From assembly GCA_022605425.2 (NCBI GenBank), contig JAKIMF020000007.1:744001-808000 (forward strand): DNA of 64,000 bases. The letters run 5' to 3'. This document shows positions 1 through 11,267 of this stretch, piece by piece. This stretch comes from Hamiltosporidium tvaerminnensis FI-OER-3-3. Taxonomy: Eukaryota; Fungi; Microsporidia. A program made the translations under genes and the position numbers. Numbering within the stretch: the first letter of the stretch is position 1; each line of letters starts with the position of its first letter. A model generated the notes under the pieces. The model saw only the letters and a list, made by a program, of their open reading frames with translations. It made no database searches and was not told where the DNA came from.

Positions 1-2224
1 TAGAAGAATTTCATTCCATCTCTTATTTCATATTTCAATTTAATTGCTGTGCTAGTAATCCGTCTCCTTCTTTTTTTAGCTTTATAGAAACTTTAGTGTA
101 TTTTTTTGTTTTATTATCGCTTTTTATTGTACATTATTTCATAATTTATATCTTAGTTTCAGGTACCTCAATACATAGCCCAATTATTTAATCTGGTTCT
201 ATATTTAAGCCAAGATTTTTGATCAATTTCATAATAAAATTGCAATGGTTTTGGTTCTAATCTTATATTTTAAAAATAGAAAGTAGTTGAAGACATTTTT
301 TCTTCCCAAAACAATCATTTGACTGCTTTTCTGGTCTATATTGTGAAAACGGTGGTATCTCTAAGCCTTCGTCTAAAATACAATACTAATATATATAAAG
401 AGCCTTCTGCAATGTATTTAAAGCGCAAAACAATTAATATTATTAGTGGAATTATTTATAGAAGCATTTAATAAAAAAAATATCGTTATTTAGTAGTTCT
501 ATGATATTAAAGGTTCGAATAAATTTCATGTTTTTTAATTAACCACATGTTTTTAAAACTTCTTTCGCTAGCTCATAGAATTATTAAGTATTATGTAATA
601 TAGGGTATTTCTAATATTCTAGTCATTTCTTATGAAACATTATTAGCCTACAACTTCTTTATGTCGAATATTCAAAATTACAAAAATAAATTATGCTTTT
701 TATCAATAGCTAAGTGGAATCTTACCTTATAAAAAACTCGTGATCATGATAATTTATTATTAATATATGAAACCAAATTACAATTGTGTCATGTTTTTGT
801 TCTCTTTTATTTGAATATTTGATTATTGAGCATAAAAATATTTTAACCCATTTTATTTGTAGAATGATATTTTCAACCATTTTATTCGTGATTTCCTCTA
901 ATTTTATAAAATATTTATTCTGAGTTTAAAAAAAAAGTTCAATAAACCGCGGAGTATAATTGAATGCTCGGATTAAAATCTATGTTGATCAGTCATTCAC
1001 ATCTAGGGTATTATGTGCTTTAGGAAAATTTCATATAGCCTTATTTTTTTCATATTTTTGTTACAAATCAAGTTTTTTTGGAACTTTTAAATTCTGTAAA
1101 TTATACTTCTATGTATCCACAATCAAAAATAGCAAAATACCTGGTATATAATACTTTGTATATTTCTTATAATATACTCATCGATTTAGTTAAACTCATA
1201 ATACTATTGATTGATCATTTAAAGGCCCTTGATCGAAATTGTATCCAGAGGAACAAAGTAAACCAATCTTTATTAAACAATCCATTTTTAGCTCTATTTC
1301 TGAACATATGATTTTATAATACTGAAAAAAATATAAATTTTGCGATTTATCTAAGAAGTAAACATTCATTTAATGTACCAATATAAATACAATTCAACAG
1401 AATATAAAAAATATTAAATCTTTATATTTTGATTTCGTATAATGCCTATCATTAATATCAAATGTATTGATATGTAAAACTAGTAAATAATGAATTACAA
1501 TCAAAATCAAAAACAAAATCTTTTTATACTAGCACGTATATTCTAAGCTTAAAAAAATAAATCCCAATAGAAAAATAATTCAATTTATAGTTTATGAAAA
1601 TTTGAAAAAAATTGCTTTCTGTAAAAGCTTATTTGTAAATTTCAAATTGTTTTCAACTTATATCATCTAAGTTTTTTTTCTAAAATATAGATCAAAATTT
1701 CATATTCTTAGTTTCCAAGTAATAAATAAGATTAACTTAATATTTAAGACGTTTAAAAAAAAATTACAAAAGAGTATATTTGAACTGAAATATACATTCG
1801 CAAAAATATATTTCTATCGATTACTTTCTATCCAAATACAAATTTATCAAAAAGATTTGTTATTTTAACAAATTAAATCTAGTCAATAAAATAAAACGAA
1901 GTAATAAGGAATATAAGATCAGAATATAACGATATGATAACACAAAATATATATTATGATTTAAATGTTGAAGATAAAAACAAATCCAAAGAAAACCTTT
2001 GTAAAAATAAATATGATACAAAAAACAGAAAAAATAATATATAGTTTTTTTAAAATAGAAATTAATTTAATTTGCTATGAAATTGGAGCAAAAATTCAAA
2101 GGAAAAATATAAGTATTATAAATTGTACGTAAATGTGCCCAAATATCTAAATTAAAATATTCGAGTCTAAATTATATATCATATTTAAAGTAAAAGAATT
2201 ATTATAGGAGTATAAAAGAAAATA

Positions 2225-2797
2225 TCAGTTTACTTTATTTAATAGATGGGATTTCCTATTAAGGATGGTGGTAACAACAAAAATAATTACATAAGTAAAA
2301 TTTAAAAACATGGGAATATTTTTGTTGGATAAAAAGACAATAAAATATAAAATTATTTCCATGTAATAATGGAAATATCTAAAAAAGAAAGATTTCCTAT
2401 TAAAAATTAAAAAATGAGCGAATATTTGTAGAAGAGATACAATTATAAAATATTTTTGAAATATAAGAATATTAGGAGTATTAAGTACCAGTAAAGGATA
2501 ATAAAATATTCCATGCGCAAATTGTAAAACCGTCATTTTGTTTTTTGCACTATACCTGTAAAAAAAACATTCAATTAATCTTCTGATTAGATGTAATAGA
2601 AATAAATCATATTTTCCTAGAAAAATTGAAAAAAATATTCCCGATAAATAGAAAATATAAAAGTAATTTTTTGGAATTCCTGTATCTATCAAATAACCAT
2701 GAAGGAGAGGTTTTTTGTAAAAGAATTGGAAAAATATAATTGAAATATTTAGTGAAATGAAATAAATTAAACTAAAATTATCTGTTATAAATTTCAT
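2225..2797 (-). CDS. DFG10: Polyprenol/polyprenal reductase (DFG10/SRD5A3, steroid 5-alpha-reductase family), reduced form
   Basis: Hydrophobic 190-aa ORF with family motifs HLIRRLIEC, KMTVLQFAHGIFYY and HYYMEIILY; CCC immediately before the ATG. Confidence 0.75.
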   Translation of the reverse strand: MKFITDNFSLIYFISLNISIIFFQFFYKKPLLHGYLIDTGIPKNYFYIFYLSGIFFSIFLGKYDLFLLHLIRRLIECFFYRYSAKNKMTVLQFAHGIFYYPLLVLNTPNILIFQKYFIIVSLLQIFAHFLIFNRKSFFFRYFHYYMEIILYFIVFLSNKNIPMFLNFTYVIIFVVTTILNRKSHLLNKVN

Positions 2798-2800
2798 GGG
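2798..2800 (-). promoter_or_regulatory. Microsporidian-type CCC start-proximal motif. The same motif occurs at 5110-5112 (+), 6990-6992 (+), 32141-32143 (+) and 46595-46597 (-)
   Basis: CCC within 0-12 nt of the ATG in AT-rich context at five genes. Confidence 0.65.
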
Positions 2801-5112
2801 TTATTTTTTAAAAATATTTTTTAAAATATTTTAGTAGAAAAGCTTTTCTTTAAATGATTCTATGACATTCAAATTTTTGCCATTTGTCCTCGATCGTGTT
2901 CATTCGTACAAATACCTATAATTTGATGATCGAAAAACTTGAGCAAAAATCTAGAAAAATAAATTTAGACCAGAAAATTTAAAAATTAAGATAGAAACTA
3001 ATATATTTTGCTTTTTCAAAAAAAAAAACTTACATTATGTGTATTTTTAGTTTAAAACATAAAACTATTCGGAATAATTCTTCGAGAAGCATTGGAAAAC
3101 CTACATAATAGGGTTATTTTCATTTTTTTGCAGTATTTTAAATGCAATTAAGAAATTAGCGACACAGTAAAGATTTATGTTTGCTTCTATCACTAAAAAT
3201 CAGTTTGAGACGAGTAAACTTTCTTTTTTGGAAAAATATTGACAAAATTAAAATAAAAATTATGTTCTTGATACTTAAATCTTTTAGAAATAAAACTTAT
3301 GCACTTGACCAATCAATACAGCACTTTTCAAATTTAAAAATGCTAGAATCTATTTATATAAATTTAGTTATATTTATAAGCAGATGAAAGGAAGCTAACC
3401 ACATATAAAACCATCTGCTTGGACAAGTTTATTGAAATGGTTTGAAGATCAATGTTGCCATTTTGGTAGGAAATAAGCTCGTTGGATCTATAGGCCAATC
3501 CACCATAATTTCGAGTTATAACAGATTAAAAGAAACAAATGGAAAACTATCATTTTTCATCCTCGACACCAAAAGGTAAAAAAGGAATGTAATAATTATG
3601 TAAGATGTTTTAAAGCTTGTTTGTGTCTTTTTGATTATGGAACTATATCATTATAGTATAAAAACCCAATTGAAAATTTAATGTGTATACCACAGCAATT
3701 AACAACCAACTTGCTGATATTAAAAAAAAAAATTATATTTTTGTAAATTTAGAGACCATGTAGAAATTTTAAGCAACAATAAGATATTCCAATGAAAAAT
3801 ATCGAAGTTATTTTAAACAATATATCATTATACATTATATTTGATTAGTAATTTATTTTATTTCTTATTATAATTCTACTGTAGATTCGGGTATCTGCTA
3901 CGATATACTTTAATTTATGTCAGACACATTTGTTTATTCTATGAATCAGAGGCTTGATTTAGAGTTTTAAAGAATGTAAACTAGAGTTAGGATTCTAGGA
4001 ATATTATTAGAATTTACGAGTATTGGTAAAATTATTATGTTTTGTACCTATCATTTCATTCTATGAAACATCAAAATACTCTCTCTGTATATATTAAGCA
4101 CCCAAATTTATCTATACTTCTTTTTCGATCAAAGTAGAATATATCACTTTATTTTTGTAGTTATCCACAGAATAACGTTTTGTCCTTGTGTATTCTTATC
4201 GATCACTAAATACACTTGCAATGTTAAATGATTAAATAATATCTAACAAACATTTACTATATAATTACAACATATGCATGGTTAAGTTGAAAATATAGTG
4301 GAATTATTCTAAAATCTGGTTCGATTAGCGTTTAATAACCTCTACTTTAAATATTTTAATAGATTGGTTTTGAATTTGCAAATTAAACTATAAAAAGAAT
4401 CTCGTATTAGCATCTCAGCAAAAATTGACGGATAGAAGAATCTTGGAAGCTCCTGTAATCTGTGTTAAATATTGGTAGTAGATCGGGCAAAAAAAATATT
4501 TTTTTAAATATATTTTAACTTTAAAAACATACTATATTATCTAATAGAATATATTGCTAAGTTTTTTGATATAACAAAATAAAAAATAAGTTTTGAAATT
4601 AAACTTGATAATCGTACTATTATATTACATCTAGAATAATATCTACACATGCGAATAAAAAATCTAGATCTGATTTTAATCTTAAGATTTAATTTAATAC
4701 ATTGTGAATTTTTTTTAGTTGTTTAAAGAACCCGATTTATATCCAGCTATGAAATAAAGCTTGTTTGTTTACTTCTTCGCTTTCAAGAATTTTCTTTTAC
4801 GATCTGACCATTGTTTTCTTTATAATGTGTAACTTATTCTGATTCCTAGAATTGTAAAACATATATACCTGTTTATTATTTTAAAAATATATTTGAGATT
4901 AAATCTTACAAATATTTGTTTTGTTCGTATTTATAGTTTATATTTATTGCTCCGGATGATGATTAACCAAAAAGATGTCTTTATTGTTCTTAAATAAGAT
5001 AAATATCACCATATTTTAGATTAGAAATATTTAAACCTAAAATAAAACAATAAAAAAAAGAAGTAAATTTGCATTTTATAATTAAATTAAATAAACAATA
5101 AATTAAGTACCC

Positions 5113-5817
5113 ATGTATGAAATCATATTGCCAACATATAATGAAGAAGAAAATATACAAAGCGTACTTTATATGATACACGAAACTTTCAAAGAAATAA
5201 ATATGGACTATAAAATATTAATGGTGGATGATAATAGTAAAGATAATACCTTTGAAAAGGCAATTAAAATGAAACAAATGGTAAATGTCGAAATATTACA
5301 GAGAGAAGGTAAATTAGGGCTCGGGTCGGCTTACAAACATGCGTTAAAATATACAAAAGCAAAGTTCATTTTTATAATGGATGCTGATATGTCCCACAAT
5401 CCTTTTTATATGAAAGATATGATTGAAAAGCAAAAAATTAATGACTGTGACATTGTTATCGGGACTAGATATTTGAAGAATGAAAGATCAGGTGTTTCTG
5501 GATGGTCATTTTATCGTAAGCTTATAAGTAGAGGTGCAAATAATTTGGCAAGAATTCTTTTAAACTTAAAGGTTTCAGATGTAACTGGTAGCTACAGACT
5601 ATATAAACGTAACATATTAAAGTCCTTAATTGATAAGGTTGAATCAGATGGATTTTCATATCAAATGGAAGTCTTATACTGGGCTCAGAGAAATAAATTC
5701 TCTATTGAAGAATGTCCAATCGTGTTTGTTGACAGAATCAGTGGTTCTTCTAAAATGGGATTGAACGAAATTATCAAGTTTTTTTTCAAGATTGTTATTC
5801 TCTTTTTTAAGATTTAA
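5113..5817 (+). CDS. DPM1: Dolichol-phosphate mannosyltransferase catalytic subunit (GT2)
   Basis: Motifs ILPTYNE, VDDNSKD, REGKLGLGSAY, MDADMSH, DVTGSYRLY and PIVFVDR; CCC before the ATG. Confidence 0.95.
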   Translation: MYEIILPTYNEEENIQSVLYMIHETFKEINMDYKILMVDDNSKDNTFEKAIKMKQMVNVEILQREGKLGLGSAYKHALKYTKAKFIFIMDADMSHNPFYMKDMIEKQKINDCDIVIGTRYLKNERSGVSGWSFYRKLISRGANNLARILLNLKVSDVTGSYRLYKRNILKSLIDKVESDGFSYQMEVLYWAQRNKFSIEECPIVFVDRISGSSKMGLNEIIKFFFKIVILFFKI

Positions 5818-6577
5818 TCGATTACAGATGAAAGTAAATATAAATGAATCATAAGTTTTAAGTTATTTTTAAAGGAATAGTATTTAACTAAATATGGTTT
5901 TAAATAAACTTGTTTATTGGATTTATCTTCAAAGATTTTTAATAATAAAAGATATGTAAAGCGAATAAATAATTTTGTGAGATTAGGATCTAACTAATTT
6001 AAAAAAAACTTAAATTTACATGCTATATATTACATTCGAATTATTTTAAAGAATGAAATCAAGATTTTATCTCAAATAAGTCAAGTATATTTTATAGGAT
6101 TTAATTTTTAAGTGATTTTCTTACAAGTATACCTAGGGATCATAAGGATGCATAGTTTCAAAAATTTTAATTTCTTGATTTTTATTTATCTGTCTTGAAA
6201 ATAAAATAAAATGATACTTTAGCCATCATTAAACCCAAAAAGTAAATTTATACCTTATATATGAACGTTCTTATGAAAAACTATTAAGCAAAGCACATTT
6301 TTAAATTAAACAAATGTTCCAGAATTTCGACATATAAATACAGCTAAAAGTATTTATACTTTTATTAATTATTTCAAATAACACGATAAAAAGTAAAGAA
6401 TGAATAAAATTAACCAAATATAAAAATCTTAAACTTTAAATTTCATGATTAATTCTGTAAAATATCAAAAGTAAATTTTTGAAGATTAAAATCTGAAAAT
6501 TAAATCAGAATCATTAAGAATATTTTATAAGAAAAATGATTATAATTGAGCCAGAGTAACATGTCATTTTTAGGATT

Positions 6578-6817
6578 ATTCATTCATTTATGCTTGGCAC
6601 TACAGCCCTGTATGAGCCTTGGCCTCCCTCAGTAATACGGCCGACTGGTCTTTTTCCAGTAGATTTGTTTACTTTTTCGGATTTCGTAACAAGGTAGTTT
6701 TAAACGGGTGGGTTGTTGGCCCACGCCAACCCCAACATAAAGACCAGTCCCTTTTACTCGCCTCTTACGACAAGCAGAGAATATTCCAAACTAATTCTGC
6801 ATCCTGGCTTGGTGAGC
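6578..6817 (-). mobile_element. Short non-autonomous RTE-derived (bipartite) retroelement
   Basis: GC-rich island. The minus strand reads a 5'-UTR-like segment (CTTGTCGTAAGAGGCGAG...GGGGTTGGCGTGGGCCAACAACCCACCCG...TGTTACGAAA), then an RTE C-terminal-like frame LLREAKAHTGL*, then a (TGAA)n-like tail. RTE similarity is from recall, not a search. Confidence 0.6.
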
Positions 6818-7002
6818 TTTTTTAATGATTATAGATATATATATTTATTTAATATTAAATCTTTAATTAAAAAAAACGAGTTTAATTTCTTTAAATCTAA
6901 AAAATATAAAGTTGTTGATAAATTTAGTAGAAATTTCAATCTTAGAAATAAATTATTCCTTTTATAAAAAAATTATTTATATAACAGCACCCATAAGATT
7001 AA

Positions 7003-7950
7003 ATGGCAATTGGTTATATAAAAAGAAAAAAGCTGGGTGAAGGTACATATGCTACTATATATCTAGCCGATGAAATTGAAACAGAAGATTCTTCTAAAAT
7101 ATATTATTCACCTACCTGTACAATAAAACCGATAAGAAAAGTAGCAATAAAAAAAATCAAAAGATCTGATATGATTAAAGGACTGGATTTGAGTGCGATA
7201 CGCGAAATAAAATCCTTAAGAAAAATTGATAGTCGATACGTTATAAAAATATTAAATGTTTTTTATTTCAGTAAAACTTTAAATATTGTGTTAGAATATG
7301 TAGAATCTAATTTAGAAATAATTATAAAAGATCGTTCTATAATTATTATGCCGGAAGATATTAAAGCTTGGTCTTATATGATTTTAAGAGGACTATTTGC
7401 ATGCCATTCTAAGTTCATTCTTCATCGCGATATAAAACCAAATAATATTTTAATTACAGTGACAGGAATTGTAAAGTTAGCTGATTTTGGGCTCTCTAGA
7501 TCAATATCTACACAGAGCATGACACCACAGGCAATCACAAGATGGTATAGACCGCCGGAATTACTTCTTGGCTCAAAATTATATTCTTTTGGGGTAGATA
7601 TGTGGTCGTTTGGATGTGTTTTTGCAGAACTATTTCTCAGAACCCCATATTTTCCAGGGGATGATGATATCAAACAATTAGATACAATATTTAAGGCACT
7701 TGGGACTCCATCAGAAAAAGATTGGCCATCTTTGACTTTACTTCCAAATTTTATCAAATTTCCAATTTATCAAAGACACCCGTTAAAAAATTTGTTTTCT
7801 GCTGTAAGCGATGATGCACTAGATCTTTTATCAAAACTATTGACTTATGATCCTTCAAAAAGAATAACATGTTTAAATGCTCTGAAACACCCTTATTTTA
7901 TAAACCTACCTCGACCTACTATTCCTGAAAAGTTACCTTTTTCAGAATGA
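7003..7950 (+). CDS. KIN28: Cyclin-dependent kinase CDK7/KIN28 (TFIIH/CAK kinase)
   Basis: GEGTYA loop, GLDLSAIREIK helix, HRDIKPNN, DFG, T-loop MTPQAITRWYRPPE. Confidence 0.88.
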   Translation: MAIGYIKRKKLGEGTYATIYLADEIETEDSSKIYYSPTCTIKPIRKVAIKKIKRSDMIKGLDLSAIREIKSLRKIDSRYVIKILNVFYFSKTLNIVLEYVESNLEIIIKDRSIIIMPEDIKAWSYMILRGLFACHSKFILHRDIKPNNILITVTGIVKLADFGLSRSISTQSMTPQAITRWYRPPELLLGSKLYSFGVDMWSFGCVFAELFLRTPYFPGDDDIKQLDTIFKALGTPSEKDWPSLTLLPNFIKFPIYQRHPLKNLFSAVSDDALDLLSKLLTYDPSKRITCLNALKHPYFINLPRPTIPEKLPFSE

Positions 7951-8403
7951 ATGATAATTTTTTTAATTTAATATTGAATCTCTTTCACCCCAAATTAGAC
8001 TCTAAAATTATTTAAATCTTTATTTGCCATTATTTACTCATTCTTTTTTTATATGCTTTAAATAGTTTGGTGTTTTATTTATAACAAAATTATTATACTA
8101 CATTTATTTAATAAACTATCGCAAAAAAAAACTATAAAATTTCTTAATCTAACTTAAAGTTCCAAATCAAATAATAAAAAAACACAATTGTGAATTCTCC
8201 AAATTTAAAATCATTTCATTCATTTTTACGATCAAAATGTTACAGCTTATAAAACCAAATACTCAAATGACGAAATCATGATTTTCTAAAACTTTGAATT
8301 GTCTATATCATTTAAAAACAGCAATAAATCTATTCTGAAAATAGTTTTTATATATTTAAAAAAGAATATAAAATTAATGATATTAATTGTATTTTAATTT
8401 TAA

Positions 8404-10572
8404 TTATCAATTGGGTGCAGTGAGAGGTGTGCAAGGAGCGAAGGAGCAGGCCCTGCTAAATGTTGCTATTAATAAAGAGTATGGAAACAATCTTAAGGCA
8501 ACGTGGATTGATGTCAAAAAAGCGCATGATTCAATAGATCATGCTTATTTGACACAAGTCATCGAAAACCTTAATTTACCTGATTGGATCCTGAAATTTA
8601 TTAAGGTAACAATATCAAAATGGAAAATTGATATTTCGGTAGGGTCTGAAAAAATTATGAACAAGAAGATTGATAAAGGGATTCTACAGGGAGATAATTT
8701 GTCACCCTTATTGTTTGTGCTGTGTATGGATCCATTGAGCCGTAAACTCAATGAAGAATACGCAAAGGCGACAATACAAACGGAGGATGCATCCCACTCT
8801 ACCAATCATCTCTTGTTCATTGATGATCTTAAGCTCCTTGCCAAAGATGGAACAACGCTTGAAAAGATGACGGAGGAGGTAAAAATGTTTATGAAAAATA
8901 TAGGATTTGAAATAAACAGAGAGAAGTCGGCCACAAATGTTTCGTGTTGTGAGAATACTGCTACTCTTTTTGAAGGAATAGGTGTTTACAAATACCTCGG
9001 AATAATAGAAGATAGCAGAGGAATTCCAACACGTAAGTCGTTTGAGGAAGTACAAACCAAACTGATAGCGAGGGTAGAGAGACTTTGCCGCACGAGATTG
9101 AATGCAAGAAATTTATTTCAAGCCATTAATCAACATGCGATTTCTTTACTAAACTATCATATAGGTGTACTCCGACTTGAACCGGCTGACTTCTCTAAGT
9201 TAGATGATGCGGTGCGTGCAGTGTTAGTAAAGAACAAAATACATCTACGCCCAGGATGCAAAGAACGTCTATACCTTCCCAGAACAGAACTTGGGAGAGG
9301 TCTTCATAGTGTTGAGTTCAAAAGCGAACATATGCTTTTGCAACTCTTGGATTGTCTGGAAAAATCTAAAGAAACATCGACCAGAAGAGCAGCAATCCTT
9401 AAGGTGGAGAATGATAATAAAACCCATCTTGCACTAATAAAAGACTTTTTACAAGTAAAATACGGGATGGCAGAGGAGGTCACTAAAAATAAATTAGATG
9501 AAGCTCAACTAGCTAACTTATATAACGAAATAGAAAAACGAAAAATACATTCAAAGGTATATAATGCTAGAAACAACGAGCTAGTAAGTGTAAATGACTC
9601 CTCAAGATGGTTAAAGAAAGGAAGTGTAAGACCGCGTGATGAAGCAGTGTTCTGCTATATCCAAGATAGAAACGTATTTTGGGGAGCAGAAGGTGTGTGT
9701 CAACACTGCAACACTTCTAGAAAAACAGTAGACCATTTAGCAACGAGATGTGAAAAAATGCTTGGTCATGACTATACTAGACGACACAATGAAGTGGTAC
9801 GATGTATACATTTGCTTTGTTAAATAAATATAAATTCAAGTCTTCAAAACGAATCAGAAGCCACTCAGTTCAAGAAATTCTTGATAATGAGTATGCAGAG
9901 ATAAGAGTGGACACCAGAATAAAAACGGATGTCAAAATTAGAAGTAATAGGCCAGATATATTCGTTTTAGACAAGAGACGAAATAAGATTACCCTCATTG
10001 AAGTAGGAATCACCTCCCAAGACTCACTTCAAATAGTTGAAACAGAGAAACTTAGGAAGTATGACCTATTAGCAAATGAGCTGGGCCTTATTTACAAATG
10101 TAGTGTAGAGATAATTCCTTATGTGATAACATGGGACGGTATTGTGACAAAATACCATAAGACTTATCTTAAAAGATTACAAATACCCATAAATGTAGAG
10201 GCATACATTCAGTCCATAGTACTTAAGAAAACAGTCGAAATGATTTCCTTCGATCGACGAAAAGGAATTGAGTCAGGACCAAGTGCCGAAGAGAGCTGGG
10301 AGAGAGCGTCATTAAGTGTTATTATAGGAGCTGAGATGCATAAACAGCCAACACCTCCCTTAAAAGAAGTGAAGAACGAGGAAGATAGTGTTAAACAAGT
10401 AAATTCAAAAAATATTTTACCCCTTATTTTAGATGACGTAACTAGACCAGAGGAACCGACGATAGACATTAATGATAAGTCGGATGTAGAAAAAGCGAAT
10501 AAAGTGGTTAAAGTGATGGAAGAAATTAGTTAAACGAGAGAAAATTTGTTAACCCGGAATTTTATCAAATAA
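8404..10572 (+). mobile_element. R4-clade RLE non-LTR retrotransposon, 5'-truncated copy C (divergent subfamily), 1-bp frameshift near 9815
   Basis: ORFs 8387-9823 and 9802-10533 give RT (GILQGD, LFIDD), CCHC and RLE (RPD..IEV); 13-bp TSD ATTTTAATTTTAA at 8391-8403 and 10573-10585. Confidence 0.95.
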
Positions 10573-11267
10573 ATTTTAATTTTAACATTATCATAAATAT
10601 TCTATCAAATGGAAAAAGATATAAATAGATAGACAATTTTTAAATAACATTATATATTAAGTTTATTATAATTTTAATTGATCAAGAAATATAGGTCTAG
10701 AATAGTACACCAATTTTTTCAGATTATTAATTTACTGCTAAAGAATCAAATCAAAAAAACAATTACTGCCTAATCATTACAATACTATGTTCCTTCTTTG
10801 ATTCTATTTTGTTTATACTTATTTGCCCTCATTGAAAATGAAAATTCTTTCAAAGTTTCTTAAATTCTTTTGAAATTTATACTTTAGTCAAGTGCGAATA
10901 TAAAATTTGGTAATTAAAGTATAAATTTGTTTAAGTTCATTTTATATTTTTTTATTCATATAGAGGATATATCAATAGATTATTATTTAAATTTTTGAGT
11001 AAGTTGATATATTATGGGTTTGATTTGTATTTATTTTATTATTGAATGTGCTTTGATAGTATTTTTATTTATAATATGCAATATTTTAGTGCTATAGTTC
11101 GGCATTTTAGTGTGAATCTATGCTTATTTGAAACTAATAGTGCTTAAAAAAAATTGTGTTGTAAATAGGTCCAAAAGTAAAAATTATTTGTTAAATGTTT
11201 TTGGTTTTTATGCTAAGCTAGAAAAAGGAAAATGGAAAATTTAAACTTTAATATAAATAAAAGAAAA

